DNA of 64,000 nt from Bacillota bacterium (GTDB lineage: Bacteria > Bacillota > Sulfobacillia > JAJYWN01): NCBI GenBank assembly GCA_021791495.1, contig JAJYWN010000064.1, positions 10,139 through 74,138 of the forward strand. Reading direction: 5' to 3'. Of the stretch, positions 39,721-50,681 are shown piece after piece. How positions within the stretch are numbered: position 1 is the first letter of the stretch; each line of letters begins with the position of its first letter. Made by a program: the position numbers and the translations under genes. The notes beneath the pieces are model-generated. The model saw only the letters and a list, made by a program, of their open reading frames with translations, was not told the origin of the DNA and ran no database searches.

Positions 39721-41238
39721 GCTCCGGCTCTTCCCGTGACCGGAGCGGACCAGGGAGACAACCACGCCGACCAATCCCAGCAGCGCACCGACCCGGAACA
39801 CCTTGGTGAACGCCGACAAGAACAGCCCTTGATCGAAGGCGATCGCCGCCGAGGTCGCCGTGGCGGCGGCCGCCGCCCCCGCCCAGGCCGCGAAGAGCGA
39901 TGCCGCCATGGCTGTGCCCGCCATCTGCCCGATATTTCTCACCGTGGCGATAAGACTGCTGGTGATGCCCACCTTCGTCCGGGGGACGGCGCCCATGATC
40001 GAGCTGTTATTGGGCGAGTTAAAGAAGGCGATGCCGAGGCCCAGGAGCCCCAGCCGGGCGATGACCGCCCAGGAGGTGCTGTGGGCGCCCAATCCGCCGA
40101 TGAGGAACATTGCGGCCCCCATCAGCCCCATGCCAAGCGTGGTGGGCACCATGTATCCGATACGGTCCGACATCCAGCCGGCCAGGGGTGAGGTCACCGT
40201 AGTCATCAGCGGGGTCGGCACCATCAACAGTCCCACGGCGGCGGGGCTGTACCCGAGGATGCGTTTGAGGTAAAAGGGCATGAGGATGATGTTAAAGTAC
40301 TGAATCACGTAGAGTAAGAACCCCGTGACATTTCCCAGCGCGAACACCGGCGACCGGAAGAGCGACAAGTCGATCATGGGCGCCTTGGTCCGCCCCTCGC
40401 GCCATAGGAATGAGCCCACAGCCAACGCGGCGGCGGCCATCGCCGCCAAAGCCCTGGGCGAACCCCAGCCCCAGGCCGGCGCTTCAGACAGAATCACCAG
40501 AAGGAGCACCACGAAGGCGCCGAAGGAGGCGGCCCCAGGATAATCGAAGGGCTCATGCCGGCTCTTTCTCTCGTCCGGCATGAGCAGCGCCGCCGCCAGC
40601 ACCCCCCCGATGATCCCGATGGGGAAATTGATCCAGAAAACAGACCTCCATCCAAAAGCGGCGATCAAGAGACCGCCGGCCGCCGGTCCGGACATGGTCC
40701 CGGCCGCGGCCATGGACGAAAGGAGGCCCAGTCCGCGTCCCCGTTCTTCGACCGGGAACGCCAGCGTCACCAAAGCCATGTTCGTGGCCATCAACATCCC
40801 GCCGCCCACCGCCTGCACCAGCCGGAAAGCCAGAAGGAGAGGGAAGTTGCCGGCGAACCCGGCCGATGCTCCCAGTGTGTAGAGGACGCATCCCATGGTG
40901 AAGACGCGTTTCCGGCCGATCTGGTCGCTGAGGCGACCGAACATGGGTAGGAGGGCGGAGATCAGTAGCAAGAAGAGGCTAACCACCAGCTGAACGCGGT
41001 TGATGCCCACATGCAGGTCGGCGGCCATATAAGGGAGCGCCACGCTGACGATGCCCGCGCTCATCATGTTTCCGAAGGCGCTGATAGCGGCGACCGCCAG
41101 CACGATCCAGCGGTAGGCCGGTTTGGGATGCAGTTCTTCGCGCAGGCCGGCATAGCGTTTCTCAAGGTTAAGCGCAGGCAACGACAAACTGGTTCCTCCG
41201 AAAACAAGAGAGCGGTCTGCCGGTTTGCTTTCCATCAA
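39703..41238 (-). CDS. MFS drug:H+ antiporter (DHA2/EmrB-like, 14 TMS)
   Basis: Fourteen predicted TMS and MFS motifs. Confidence 0.8.
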   Translation of the reverse strand: MMESKPADRSLVFGGTSLSLPALNLEKRYAGLREELHPKPAYRWIVLAVAAISAFGNMMSAGIVSVALPYMAADLHVGINRVQLVVSLFLLLISALLPMFGRLSDQIGRKRVFTMGCVLYTLGASAGFAGNFPLLLAFRLVQAVGGGMLMATNMALVTLAFPVEERGRGLGLLSSMAAAGTMSGPAAGGLLIAAFGWRSVFWINFPIGIIGGVLAAALLMPDERKSRHEPFDYPGAASFGAFVVLLLVILSEAPAWGWGSPRALAAMAAAALAVGSFLWREGRTKAPMIDLSLFRSPVFALGNVTGFLLYVIQYFNIILMPFYLKRILGYSPAAVGLLMVPTPLMTTVTSPLAGWMSDRIGYMVPTTLGMGLMGAAMFLIGGLGAHSTSWAVIARLGLLGLGIAFFNSPNNSSIMGAVPRTKVGITSSLIATVRNIGQMAGTAMAASLFAAWAGAAAAATATSAAIAFDQGLFLSAFTKVFRVGALLGLVGVVVSLVRSGHGKSRSLVNHQ

Positions 41239-41267
41239 ACCTCTTTTCAGACCGCTCCATCATAGTG

Positions 41268-41353
41268 CGGAAGGGGTGGGATTCGAACCCACGGCCCCTT
41301 GCGGGGTCACTGGTTTTCAAGACCAGCTCCTTAAACCGCTCGGACACCCTTCC
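41268..41353 (-). tRNA. tRNA-Ser (anticodon UGA)
   Basis: Acceptor GGAAGGG, anticodon loop CTTGAAA, long variable arm, T-arm GGTTCGAATCC. The anticodon is UGA (reads UCA), so this is not tRNA-Sec. Confidence 0.8.
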
Positions 41354-41441
41354 ATAATACACGGCGGAAACGTGGCGCGATGATGCAGAATCAGTCTAAC
41401 ATCAGCTGCTAGATAACGTCAATTTACGCTGATCACCGCGG

Positions 41442-42827
41442 TCAGCTTTGGTCTGAAACGGGGGAATGCTGGATTGCCTCAGTCAGATGGATGACCTTGA
41501 CGGCTTTTCCATCCCCGAAGAGTTTCATTCCATGCTCCAACTGTAACAAACACGACGGGCAGCTGGTAACGACGTATTCGGCGCCCGTGGCCAGGATGTT
41601 TTTCGTTTTCTTTTCCAGGAGGGCCTGTGAATCTGATTGATATTCAAGACAGAATGTTCCCGAACCGCCGCAGCAGACATCGGCGCCTTTCATCTCCACC
41701 ACCTCGTAGCCGGCGTTACACAGAACCTGACGGGGTTGGGCCTTGATACCCTGGCCGCGGCTGAGATGGCACGGGTCGTGATACGTTACCTTCGTTCTTT
41801 CGGGAGCCTCGGGGGAGCCGGATCCCGCCGGAGGCGCCGCCGGCGCCGGCTCAAGAGAAGCCAAGACTACGGAAACATCGCGAACCCGCGCGGCCAGGGA
41901 TTTCGCGGCGGATTCATGCTCGGATCCCGCCAGCCAGCGAGCGTAGTCCATCAGTGCGCTGCCGCAACTGGCACAGTCCGTGACCACCAGTTCGGGTCCG
42001 GACAGGCGGGACAGGTTGGACGCCGCCATGTTCCGGGCCCGGTCCAGGTCACCGTGACTCCAGTGAGGCAGGCCGCAGCAGGCATCATCAACCACGACCA
42101 CTTGATAGCCGGCATCACGCAGGGTGGCGGTGGTGGCCCGCATCACTTCCGGGTAACTTAGGCGGACGAAACAGCCGGCGAGATACCTGATCTTGCCACG
42201 TGACGGCACGGCCGAGCTTCTCCTGGCTCTGTCGCTACCGCCGACGGACCGGGTCTTGCCCTTGTTCGGACGGCCGTTGTCGCCGCCGAATGGCCGGCGA
42301 CCAGGCAGAAGGTCCGCTACGTCGGCTAAGCGGTGCAGAACGGGCTTGAGGACGGCCTTCTCCGCGAGCGGACGGATGGCCGATCGCGCGTAGGCTCGGA
42401 CCAATGGTCCGGCAAGACTGACCAGCTTGGGCCGGGCCAGAAAACCATCGACGGCCCGGAGCATTGCGGGGCGGCCGGTCACGCCGGCTAATTGGCCCTT
42501 GGCCAGGGAAACTAGCTCGTCGGTACGTATCTTGCTTGGGCAGGCATTGGTGCACGCTCGGCACTGAAGGCAGAAATCGAGCCTGGCGAACAGGTCCGGC
42601 GCCGGCGAGACCGCGCCCTCAAGCAGGCCTCGAACAAGGGAGACCTTCCCACGGGCGGATGCGGTCTCCCGGCCGGTCTCCTCGAAAAGAGGGCAAACCG
42701 GAAGGCACGACCCGCACCGGTCACACTGCCCGGCCATGTTCGCGATGCGCTGGAGAAGAGCCTCACGCGCGGCGGTCACCCTCGGTGCGGCGGCCGCGTC
42801 CGGTGCTGTCACAGATGGAGTGCTCAT
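41442..42827 (-). CDS. glcF: Fe-S oxidoreductase subunit (GlcF / HdrD-like: N-terminal 2x[4Fe-4S] plus CCG cysteine-rich domains)
   Basis: CxxCxxCxxxCP motifs and C-terminal CCG motifs. Confidence 0.75.
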   Translation of the reverse strand: MSTPSVTAPDAAAAPRVTAAREALLQRIANMAGQCDRCGSCLPVCPLFEETGRETASARGKVSLVRGLLEGAVSPAPDLFARLDFCLQCRACTNACPSKIRTDELVSLAKGQLAGVTGRPAMLRAVDGFLARPKLVSLAGPLVRAYARSAIRPLAEKAVLKPVLHRLADVADLLPGRRPFGGDNGRPNKGKTRSVGGSDRARRSSAVPSRGKIRYLAGCFVRLSYPEVMRATTATLRDAGYQVVVVDDACCGLPHWSHGDLDRARNMAASNLSRLSGPELVVTDCASCGSALMDYARWLAGSEHESAAKSLAARVRDVSVVLASLEPAPAAPPAGSGSPEAPERTKVTYHDPCHLSRGQGIKAQPRQVLCNAGYEVVEMKGADVCCGGSGTFCLEYQSDSQALLEKKTKNILATGAEYVVTSCPSCLLQLEHGMKLFGDGKAVKVIHLTEAIQHSPVSDQS

Positions 42828-44371
42828 TCGAAAATCTTCCCTGGGTTAAGAATGCCGTTGGGGTCGAGGGCATGCTTCACCGCGCGAAGGGCGCGCACCC
42901 CCTCTTTACCGAGGGCCTCCTCGATGAAGGGTTTCTTGGTGATGCCGATACCGTGCTCTCCCGACAGGGTGCCACCCACTTCAAGGGCGGCACGAAATAC
43001 CTCGGCCACGGCCTGGTCGACGCGTTCTCTAGCCCCCGCCTCACTGAGGTCGGCCAAAATGGAAGGGTGAAGATTCCCGTCCCCGGCGTGCCCGAACACG
43101 GCGATGGTCAGCCCGTGCTTGCGGCCGATTTCTCCGAGCCGCCGGATCATTTCCGGAAGTGCGGCCCGAGGGACACTGATGTCCTCTCCGATCTTGTTCT
43201 TGGCTATGGCCGCCACCGCTGGGCCCATGGTGCGCCGAAGCACCCACAGTTCGTCGGCTTCGGCCGAGGTCTGAGCCACGCTTACCTGAACGGCCTGGTG
43301 CTGGCGGGCCATCTCCGTCACCGCCCCGGCCTGATCGTCCAAGAGTATCTGAGGACCGTCTATGTCAATGAGCAGAGCGGCCTCGGCCTCGACCGGAATG
43401 TCGACCTTGCGGAAACGCGCCACTGCCTGAATACTGGTCTTGTCCATGATTTCGGCCGAGGCGGGTACGATGCCCGAAGAGAGCATGTCGGTGACACATT
43501 CTGAGGCGTCGTCGATAGACCCGAACATGAGAAGCAGGGTTTTCTTGGCCTTTGGCTTGGAAATAAGGCGGACGAGGATCTTCGTGATCACTCCCAGGGT
43601 GCCCTCAGACCCCACGAACAGATGAGTCAGATCATACCCGGTGACGTTCTTGACGGCTTTGCCGCCGGTGTCAATGACCGCTCCGTTCGCCAGGACGACT
43701 TGAAGGCCAAGGACGTAGTCTTTGGTGACGCCGTATTTCACGGCGCGGGCGCCGCCGGCGTTCTCCGCAACATTGCCGCCCATGGTACTCACGGTCCAGC
43801 TGGAAGGATCCGGGGGGTAGAAGAGCCCCACGTCCTCTACGGCCCGGCCGAGGTCCATGGTGCGAACCCCTGGTTCAACGAGGGCCATCATGTTCTTGCG
43901 GTCAATCTCGAGAATGCGGTTCATCCGCTCGAGGCTCAGGACGACTCCACCGTTCACTGGAATCGACCCGCCGGTCCGGCCGCTGCCGGCCCCCCGTGGA
44001 ACAAGGGGGACGCGGTGATCATTGCAAAGACGGACAATCCTGACGACCTCCCCGACATCCCGCGGAAAGACGACCACATCAGGACGGTGAGCCGGCACGA
44101 GCGGGAGGAAAGAACCGTCATAGGAGTAGGTGAAGCGGTCGTTGTCCACATCGAGTAAGCGGTCTGGCCCCACGATGGCGGCCAGCGCTTGGTGCAGCTG
44201 GTCTGGTAGCATGTCTTGGTTCACCCCATTCACGTACGGCTCGAGATCAATCCGGATGTCCTGCCTTTCTGGCAGGACTATAGGGAGCGTGCAACTGGTC
44301 GTGAACAGGCCTCCCTGGTGGAACTGCCGCCCGGTCGGGACCCGGCGACGGGACGCCCGACCGGGCGGCAT
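42824..44371 (-). CDS. glcD: FAD-linked oxidase (glycolate oxidase GlcD / D-lactate dehydrogenase-like)
   Basis: FAD-binding PCMH domain (GAGSGRTGGS) and the C-terminal oxidase domain. Confidence 0.8.
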   Translation of the reverse strand: MPPGRASRRRVPTGRQFHQGGLFTTSCTLPIVLPERQDIRIDLEPYVNGVNQDMLPDQLHQALAAIVGPDRLLDVDNDRFTYSYDGSFLPLVPAHRPDVVVFPRDVGEVVRIVRLCNDHRVPLVPRGAGSGRTGGSIPVNGGVVLSLERMNRILEIDRKNMMALVEPGVRTMDLGRAVEDVGLFYPPDPSSWTVSTMGGNVAENAGGARAVKYGVTKDYVLGLQVVLANGAVIDTGGKAVKNVTGYDLTHLFVGSEGTLGVITKILVRLISKPKAKKTLLLMFGSIDDASECVTDMLSSGIVPASAEIMDKTSIQAVARFRKVDIPVEAEAALLIDIDGPQILLDDQAGAVTEMARQHQAVQVSVAQTSAEADELWVLRRTMGPAVAAIAKNKIGEDISVPRAALPEMIRRLGEIGRKHGLTIAVFGHAGDGNLHPSILADLSEAGARERVDQAVAEVFRAALEVGGTLSGEHGIGITKKPFIEEALGKEGVRALRAVKHALDPNGILNPGKIFE

Positions 44372-44411
44372 GAAGTCTAGATCAGATACAGGTCCTTCGT
44401 GGTTTCGTGGT

Positions 44412-45809
44412 CTAGACGAGGTGGATCAGCGGCCACCAAACGTATAGAGCCAGGGCCATCGATAGAACGGCCAGGATGCCCAGCGGAATAGCTCCCAGGA
44501 TCTGCTGTCTCACGTCATACCTGTTGGAGCCGTAGAAGATCAGGTTGGGGGCGCTGTTAAAGGGCAGGAAGAAGGCGGCTGTGCTCACGGACAGCGCACC
44601 GATCAGCCCGACGGTGACCGGGCTGAATCCCCGCAGCGTCGCGAGCTGGATGAGGACGGGAATGATGATCAACCCCATGGAGTTCATGCCGGAGAAGAAG
44701 ATGTGGGCGAAGATGACTGCTGTGATGACCACCATGATAAACGGGGTGAAACCTACCGTCTGCAACCAGTGCGACTTGGCGAACAGGTTAGCCACAAGCC
44801 ACTTGAAACCGCCGGTCTTGTCCACCGTGGTGCCCAGGCTCATGGCAAACCCAAGCCAGATCAGCATGGGCCACGGGATGTACTTTTCGAGTTTCTTCCA
44901 GTCGACCGGTCCGATCCCCGGCAAGAGCAGGGCCACACCCATGAAGAAAGAGGTCGTCGTGGAAGGGATGTGGTGCCAGATCTCGGTTGCCCAGGCTAGC
45001 AGGGTCAGAAGCATGATTACCAGGGTTTTCTTCTCCGTCGAAGACATGGGCCCCATCGCTTGGAGCTGTTCTTGTACGTACTTGCGCCCGCCAGGAAGGT
45101 CCGTGATCTTAGGCGGAAACATACGGTAGACGATGTAGGGAAGAATGAGCGCCGCCGGCAGCATCGGTACGAAAGCCGCCATGAACCACTGGTTCCAAGT
45201 AATGGTGTGCTTGGTCATCTGGGCGATGATGCCGACGAACAGAGCGTTGCCGCCCATAGCGGTTAGGAACATGTTGGTGTTGAAAGCATTGATGTACATG
45301 TTGGCCAGAGTCAACGTGTGGTCGCCCTTGCGTTCGCCGGCCTTCATCCCAAAGGCCTCGCAAATGCCTTCGGTGATTCCATACATCAGACCACCGCGGG
45401 CGGTGTTCGATGGGGTGAACGGGGCCAGGATGTTATTGGTCATGGTTGTGGCGTAAATCACCCGTAGGAGACTGGTCCCCACTTTGTTCAGGGCCACATA
45501 GGCGATACGGCGGCCAAGACCGCTGAAGGTGATGGCTCCCGCGAGGAAGGTGGCGAAGACCACCATCCACCAGATCGGGCTGTTGAAGCCGCTCAGGGCG
45601 TCACCCGCCGGCAACTTCCACAGGATGAGAATGGCCGATGCGGCGATGGACGTCAGATACTCCGGGATCGGCCGCAAAATCCACCAGGCAACCGCCCAGA
45701 GGAAGACTACCAAGCCCACTTTGCCGTTGGGCTTGAGACCGGACATCGGAAGAGTCAGGGCCCACACGGCGGCAAGGGTGACGATAATGGGCAGAATCCA
45801 CTTTTTCAC
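44412..45809 (-). CDS. DASS/SLC13-family anion (di/tricarboxylate):cation symporter
   Basis: Polytopic with SNT hairpin motifs (TPSNTARGG). Confidence 0.65.
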   Translation of the reverse strand: MKKWILPIIVTLAAVWALTLPMSGLKPNGKVGLVVFLWAVAWWILRPIPEYLTSIAASAILILWKLPAGDALSGFNSPIWWMVVFATFLAGAITFSGLGRRIAYVALNKVGTSLLRVIYATTMTNNILAPFTPSNTARGGLMYGITEGICEAFGMKAGERKGDHTLTLANMYINAFNTNMFLTAMGGNALFVGIIAQMTKHTITWNQWFMAAFVPMLPAALILPYIVYRMFPPKITDLPGGRKYVQEQLQAMGPMSSTEKKTLVIMLLTLLAWATEIWHHIPSTTTSFFMGVALLLPGIGPVDWKKLEKYIPWPMLIWLGFAMSLGTTVDKTGGFKWLVANLFAKSHWLQTVGFTPFIMVVITAVIFAHIFFSGMNSMGLIIIPVLIQLATLRGFSPVTVGLIGALSVSTAAFFLPFNSAPNLIFYGSNRYDVRQQILGAIPLGILAVLSMALALYVWWPLIHLV

Positions 45810-45881
45810 GACTATTCCCCCTTATTGTTCCGGCGTATTGTGATGCGAGCATGATAAGAAACCTGCTACGGGTAGACCTGG

Positions 45882-46754
45882 CTAAGCCAGGGTTCTCTTG
45901 ACCTCGTCGAGCACGGTGTCCAATGTGGGCGAGACTACCACTCCGGCTTCAGTGAGGGCCATTATCTTCGAGGCGGCGGTGCCCGCCGAACCCTGGACAA
46001 TGGCCCCGGCATGGCCCATCCGTTTCTCGGGTGGCGCCGTTTGTCCCGCGATAAAAGCGACGACCGGCTTCGGGTATGCGGTATCCTTGATATAGGCCGC
46101 GGCCCGTTCTTCGGCGGCCCCGCCGATCTCGCCGATCAGGACCACTACCTTGGTTTCGGGGTCGTCACGGAGGGCCGCCAGCACATCGATGAAGGTGGTC
46201 CCGATGATCGGGTCCCCGCCGATGCCAACGCAGGTCGATTGGCCGATGCCGCGGAACGTCAAGTTTGAGGATACCTCATGGGTCAGGGTCCCGCTACGCG
46301 AGACGATACCGACCGGCCCACGGCTGTAGATGTACCCCGGCATGATTCCGACCTTGCTCAGACCGGGGCTGATGACCCCGATGGTGTTCGGTCCGATCAA
46401 GCGCACCCCGCGGCGTTTGGCCAGCCCGACCAAACGCATGGCATCGTGGACCGGGACGTGCTCGGTAATGATAACCACCAGTTCGAGCCCGGCCTCGATC
46501 GCCTCCACGCCGGCGTCATAGACCCCAACGGCCGGGACAAGGATCATCGAGGCCTGGGCTCCGACCGCATCACGGGCCTCAGCCACCATGTCGAAGACGG
46601 GGACACCTTCGACCACCTGGCCACCCTTGCCGGGCGAGGTCCCTCCGACCAGGCCGGCGCCGTACTCCAGCATCTTCTTGGCGTGGTAAGAACCCTGTGT
46701 GCCGGTTATTCCTTGGATGATGATCCTAGTGTCACTGTCAACGAAGATCGCCAT
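45882..46754 (-). CDS. sucD: succinyl-CoA synthetase subunit alpha
   Basis: CoA-binding and phosphohistidine region (GHAGAIV). Confidence 0.9.
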   Translation of the reverse strand: MAIFVDSDTRIIIQGITGTQGSYHAKKMLEYGAGLVGGTSPGKGGQVVEGVPVFDMVAEARDAVGAQASMILVPAVGVYDAGVEAIEAGLELVVIITEHVPVHDAMRLVGLAKRRGVRLIGPNTIGVISPGLSKVGIMPGYIYSRGPVGIVSRSGTLTHEVSSNLTFRGIGQSTCVGIGGDPIIGTTFIDVLAALRDDPETKVVVLIGEIGGAAEERAAAYIKDTAYPKPVVAFIAGQTAPPEKRMGHAGAIVQGSAGTAASKIMALTEAGVVVSPTLDTVLDEVKRTLA

Positions 46755-47904
46755 GGGCCTCAGTCCTCTCGCCTATCTTCCGCAACATCAGCCGGACCGC
46801 GTCACCGGTGGTCCCCGTCTTAATGACCTCAAACCCGGCCGCCTCCAGGAGAGCCCAACCCTCTTCCTGAGAATGACCGCGCATTTTTACGACCACCGGC
46901 AGGTCGATATGGGCCTCGTCGATAGCCTTGAGTACTCCTTTGGCCATGAGTTCGCAGTTGTTGATCCCGCCGAACACGTTAACCAAGATCCCCTTGACGC
47001 CCGGGGTGTTGGCGACAATACGCATCGAAGCAGCCATCCGGTCAACCGATACCCCGCCTCCGACATCAAGGAAGTCGGCCGGCCGTCCCCGCATCGACGA
47101 GACCGTATCCATGGTGGCCAAGGCCAATCCGGCCCCGCCGGCGATGACTCCGACGTCACCCCCCGGAAGAGGAACATAAGCGACACCGGCCTGTTGGGCG
47201 GCCTTCTCCAACTCTCCCAGGCCCTCGGTCTTGGTCGGGATGAGATCCTTGTGCCTGAAGAGAGCGGAATCGTCGATGACCAGTTTGGCATCGGCCGCGA
47301 TAGCCTTTCCCGCGGCGGTGATGACCAGTGGGTTGATTTCCGCCGTGGTGGCATCCATGTCCTCAAAGACCCGCATCAAGCGGAAGAGCACGTCGACGAC
47401 GACGACTAGTTCGGAACCATGCAGGCCCGCCTGCTTCGCCATAGCGTAGAGAGTATGACGGCGGACAGGCTCGACCTCGTCGAAAGGCATGGTCACCACG
47501 GCCTCGGGAGCGGTGGCGGCAACTTCCTCGATATCCATGCCGCCCCGGACCGAGAAGATCAGCACAGCCGTGCCGCGGCCGGGGTCTAAAGTGATGCCTG
47601 CGTACAGCTCTCTGGCGATTTCCAGGCGCTCTTCCACGAGGATAGTCTCGACCTGTTCCCCGCCGAGATTCAGGCCGATGATGCCGGCTGCGGCCTGGGA
47701 GGCTTGTTCGGCACTGTCAACTAAACGCACCGCTCCGGCCTTGCCCCGCTTACCTGTTAGGACCTGGGCTTTCACAACAGCCCGGCCACCCAGGGCCGCC
47801 GCGGCGGCCGCGGCTGCTTCGGGGTCACGGACAAGTCGCCCCAGGGGCACCGGGATGCCGAATCGCTGGAAGACTTCTTTGCCATCTTTCTCAATGAGTT
47901 TCAA
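46738..47904 (-). CDS. sucC: succinyl-CoA synthetase subunit beta (ATP-grasp)
   Basis: MKLIEKDGKEVFQRFGIPVP N-terminus and ATP-grasp fold. Confidence 0.9.
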   Translation of the reverse strand: MKLIEKDGKEVFQRFGIPVPLGRLVRDPEAAAAAAAALGGRAVVKAQVLTGKRGKAGAVRLVDSAEQASQAAAGIIGLNLGGEQVETILVEERLEIARELYAGITLDPGRGTAVLIFSVRGGMDIEEVAATAPEAVVTMPFDEVEPVRRHTLYAMAKQAGLHGSELVVVVDVLFRLMRVFEDMDATTAEINPLVITAAGKAIAADAKLVIDDSALFRHKDLIPTKTEGLGELEKAAQQAGVAYVPLPGGDVGVIAGGAGLALATMDTVSSMRGRPADFLDVGGGVSVDRMAASMRIVANTPGVKGILVNVFGGINNCELMAKGVLKAIDEAHIDLPVVVKMRGHSQEEGWALLEAAGFEVIKTGTTGDAVRLMLRKIGERTEAHGDLR

Positions 47905-48479
47905 GACCGTTGCCCCTTCCCGGGTCCGGCCGCCGAGTCCAGCCCTGGCCCCTCCACTGCCTGATAGCCGCGGTCCATAGCTGCCAGATTCAGATCACGG
48001 AACTTGGGCGCCACGTTCTCGGCCACAGCCCGCTTCAGTGACTCGAAGGCTACAGTGTCATCAACGCGGGCCAGAGCACCCAGCATAACCATGTTGGCGA
48101 CGATACGGTTCTTAAACTCCTCCTCGGCGAGGCGTGTGGCTGGGAGACGGTAGAGAGGAGGAAGTCCCTCGGGGATCTCGGTGATCAGAGTGCTGTCGAC
48201 CACCACTTTGCCGGTTACGACATCCAAGCCCTGCCCGAATTTGGCCAGCGCCTGCCCGGACATGGCCAGAAGGACATCCGCGCGGCGGACTTTCGGGTAG
48301 AGGATGCGCTGATCGGAGATGACTACGTCGCAGCGGGCCGCGCCGCCGCGGGCCTCGGGACCGTAGGACTGTGTCTGGGCCACCTCACGACCCTCCACGG
48401 CGCCGGCCGCCTGGGCCAGAATGACCCCGGCCAGGATGACACCCTGACCGCCAAACCCTGCTATCCTGACCTCTTTTCT
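47901..48479 (-). CDS. korC: 2-oxoacid:ferredoxin oxidoreductase gamma subunit
   Basis: Starts MRKEVRIAGFGGQGV. Its start overlaps the korD stop (ATGA). Confidence 0.8.
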   Translation of the reverse strand, partial: RKEVRIAGFGGQGVILAGVILAQAAGAVEGREVAQTQSYGPEARGGAARCDVVISDQRILYPKVRRADVLLAMSGQALAKFGQGLDVVTGKVVVDSTLITEIPEGLPPLYRLPATRLAEEEFKNRIVANMVMLGALARVDDTVAFESLKRAVAENVAPKFRDLNLAAMDRGYQAVEGPGLDSAAGPGKGQRS

Positions 48480-48700
48480 CATTGCGGCTCGCCCTCCACC
48501 CTGATCGCCTGGTCCGGGCAGATCAGCTCGCAGAGCTGGCACCCGGTGCATGCCTTGGCCGGGTCCTCGGCGGGCAGGTTATAGCCTTTGGCGTTGCGCC
48601 GGCCCGACCAGATCAAGACCTCTTTGGGGCACTCTGCTAGGCAGAGTCCGCAGCCTTTGCACCATTTGTCATCGATGAGCACCTTAAACGAGCCTCTCAT
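48479..48700 (-). CDS. korD: 2-oxoacid:ferredoxin oxidoreductase delta subunit (2x[4Fe-4S] ferredoxin)
   Basis: Two CxxCxxCxxxCP motifs in 73 aa. Confidence 0.8.
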   Translation of the reverse strand: MRGSFKVLIDDKWCKGCGLCLAECPKEVLIWSGRRNAKGYNLPAEDPAKACTGCQLCELICPDQAIRVEGEPQ

Positions 48701-49509
48701 CGCTTCTCACCCCCACGGATGGCAGCCAGTTGCTGGGTCAGTTCGGGCCGCTGCGAACGGTGAAGCAGACCGATGCGTGTCTTGCCCGCTAGCTCCTCCG
48801 GTGTCATCCGTTCCGCCTGGGCCACGGGAACAACGCTCTTTCTGATATCGGCCAGGAACTCCGGAGCATCCATCCCGCCCTTGATATACCTTCCGGCTTG
48901 GACCGGACACTGGGTAACCACCTCGATGAAGGCGAATCCGGGGTGATCTATGGCCTCTTTGAAAGCCTTGACGAGTTGCCGCGGGTGACCGGCGGTCCAC
49001 CGGGCGACGTAGGTCGCACCGGCCGCCTCGGCCAGCCGGCAGGCGTCGAAAGGCTGCTCGGGGTTGCCGTAAGGTGAGGTCTGCGTGGTGGCGCCGGACG
49101 GGGTGGTCGGAGCCATTTGGCCGCCGGTCATGCCGTAGATAGAGTTGTTAATCATCACCACGGTGAGATCGACATTGCGTCGTGCGGCATGGATGAAGTG
49201 GTTGCCGCCGATGCCGATGGCGTCTCCGTCACCGGTGAAGACGACCACTTTGCGCTCCGGCCGGGTAACCTTCAGGCCGATCCCTACCGGGATGGCCCGG
49301 CCGTGCAAGGTGTGGATGGCGTCGGCATTCACGTAGACGGGCATCCACCCGGAACAGCCGATACCACCGACCAGGGCGAGTTGATCGGAAATCTTCATTT
49401 CGTCCACCGCCCGGAGGAAAGCCCCCAGGACTGTCCCGTCACCGCAGCCGGGGCAGAAGATCATCGGCAGGGTTTCCTGCCGGAGGTACTGTTCAGCGAT
49501 ACGGTTCAC
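48697..49509 (-). CDS. korB: 2-oxoacid:ferredoxin oxidoreductase beta subunit (TPP-binding)
   Basis: TPP motif GDGD..N and a conserved Cys cluster. Confidence 0.85.
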   Translation of the reverse strand: MNRIAEQYLRQETLPMIFCPGCGDGTVLGAFLRAVDEMKISDQLALVGGIGCSGWMPVYVNADAIHTLHGRAIPVGIGLKVTRPERKVVVFTGDGDAIGIGGNHFIHAARRNVDLTVVMINNSIYGMTGGQMAPTTPSGATTQTSPYGNPEQPFDACRLAEAAGATYVARWTAGHPRQLVKAFKEAIDHPGFAFIEVVTQCPVQAGRYIKGGMDAPEFLADIRKSVVPVAQAERMTPEELAGKTRIGLLHRSQRPELTQQLAAIRGGEKR

Positions 49510-50681
49510 TGCGCTTTACCCCCCTTGACGGCATCGATAATGGCGCTTTCGATCTCCTCTGGGGTGTGCAGCGCTCCCCCGAGCCGCGGCAGACCGACCA
49601 CCGTCGCCCGGCCGCCCGCTGTTCGTTGGACCTCAAGGACGAGCTTCCCGATGTTCATTTCCGGAACAATCAGGGTCTTGGTGTGGTCGGCGAGCTCGGA
49701 CAGGACCGCGTCGGGGAAAGGCCAGATGGCCCGCAGGCGTAAAGCCCCGGCCTTGATTCCTTTGCTGCGCGCGGTCTGAACCGCCTCCATGGCCGGCCTG
49801 GCCGTACTGCCGTAGCAAACGATGGCAACCTCCGCATCGTCGAGGTCGATCCGTTCAATATCAACAATCCGGTCAATGTTCTGGCGCACCTTGTCGTTAA
49901 GCCGTTGCACCAGGGTGGCACTCTTGTCGATGTCGTCGCCGGCCCGGATACCGCGCTCGTCGTGGTGCTGCCCCTCGACCAGCAGGCGGTAGCCGTCGTT
50001 AAAAGCGGGCATGCCACGGAGCAGCCCGTCGGGGCCCGCGGCAAAGGGTTTGTACCCATCCTTGGACGGAGCCACCCGCTCAAGCACCTCCAGCTTTCCG
50101 CCCATGACGACACGTTCGCGCGTGTGCCCCACGATTTCGTCGGAAAGGACGTAGACCGGAACGCGGAACTCCTCAGCCAAGTTAAAGGCCTTGATGGTGA
50201 GGTCATAAGCTTCCTGGGCCGACGACGGGGCCAGGGCGATAATCTCGAAGTCCCCGTGGCCGCCATAGCGCGCCTGGTAGACGTCTTGCTGCGAGGATAA
50301 GGTCGGTTGCCCAGTGGATGGGCCGCCGCGCATGACGTTGATGATCACGCACGGGGTCTCCGTCTCGGCGGCATAGCCCACGCCCTCCTGCATTAGGCTG
50401 ATTCCCGGACCGGACGAGGCCGTGCAGGCCTTGGCCCCGCCCCAGGTCGCTCCAATGACAGCGTTGATGCTGGCGATTTCATCTTCCATCTGAAGGAACG
50501 TGCCACCGACGCGAGGCAGCCGCCGCGACATCAACTCGGCAATCTCGGAGGCCGGGGTGATGGGATAACCGGCGAAAAAGCGACAACCGGCCGCGATGGC
50601 TCCTTCGACGGTGGCTTCGTTCCCCTGGATGATGCGGACTGTGCGTCCGTCTTCGCTCATGTCTCTACCTCCCTTGCACAC
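49506..50681 (-). CDS. korA: 2-oxoacid:ferredoxin oxidoreductase alpha subunit (likely 2-oxoglutarate-specific, given the adjacent sucCD)
   Basis: Pyruvate-flavodoxin/ferredoxin oxidoreductase domains I/II. Confidence 0.85.
   Translation of the reverse strand: MCKGGRDMSEDGRTVRIIQGNEATVEGAIAAGCRFFAGYPITPASEIAELMSRRLPRVGGTFLQMEDEIASINAVIGATWGGAKACTASSGPGISLMQEGVGYAAETETPCVIINVMRGGPSTGQPTLSSQQDVYQARYGGHGDFEIIALAPSSAQEAYDLTIKAFNLAEEFRVPVYVLSDEIVGHTRERVVMGGKLEVLERVAPSKDGYKPFAAGPDGLLRGMPAFNDGYRLLVEGQHHDERGIRAGDDIDKSATLVQRLNDKVRQNIDRIVDIERIDLDDAEVAIVCYGSTARPAMEAVQTARSKGIKAGALRLRAIWPFPDAVLSELADHTKTLIVPEMNIGKLVLEVQRTAGGRATVVGLPRLGGALHTPEEIESAIIDAVKGGKAQ

Noticed and set aside
41268-41353. Possible tRNA-Sec, given the Sec-type selD nearby
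   Set aside because: The anticodon loop is CUUGAAA, so the anticodon is UGA (reads UCA Ser), not UCA. It has a normal 7-bp acceptor stem and is tRNA-Ser.
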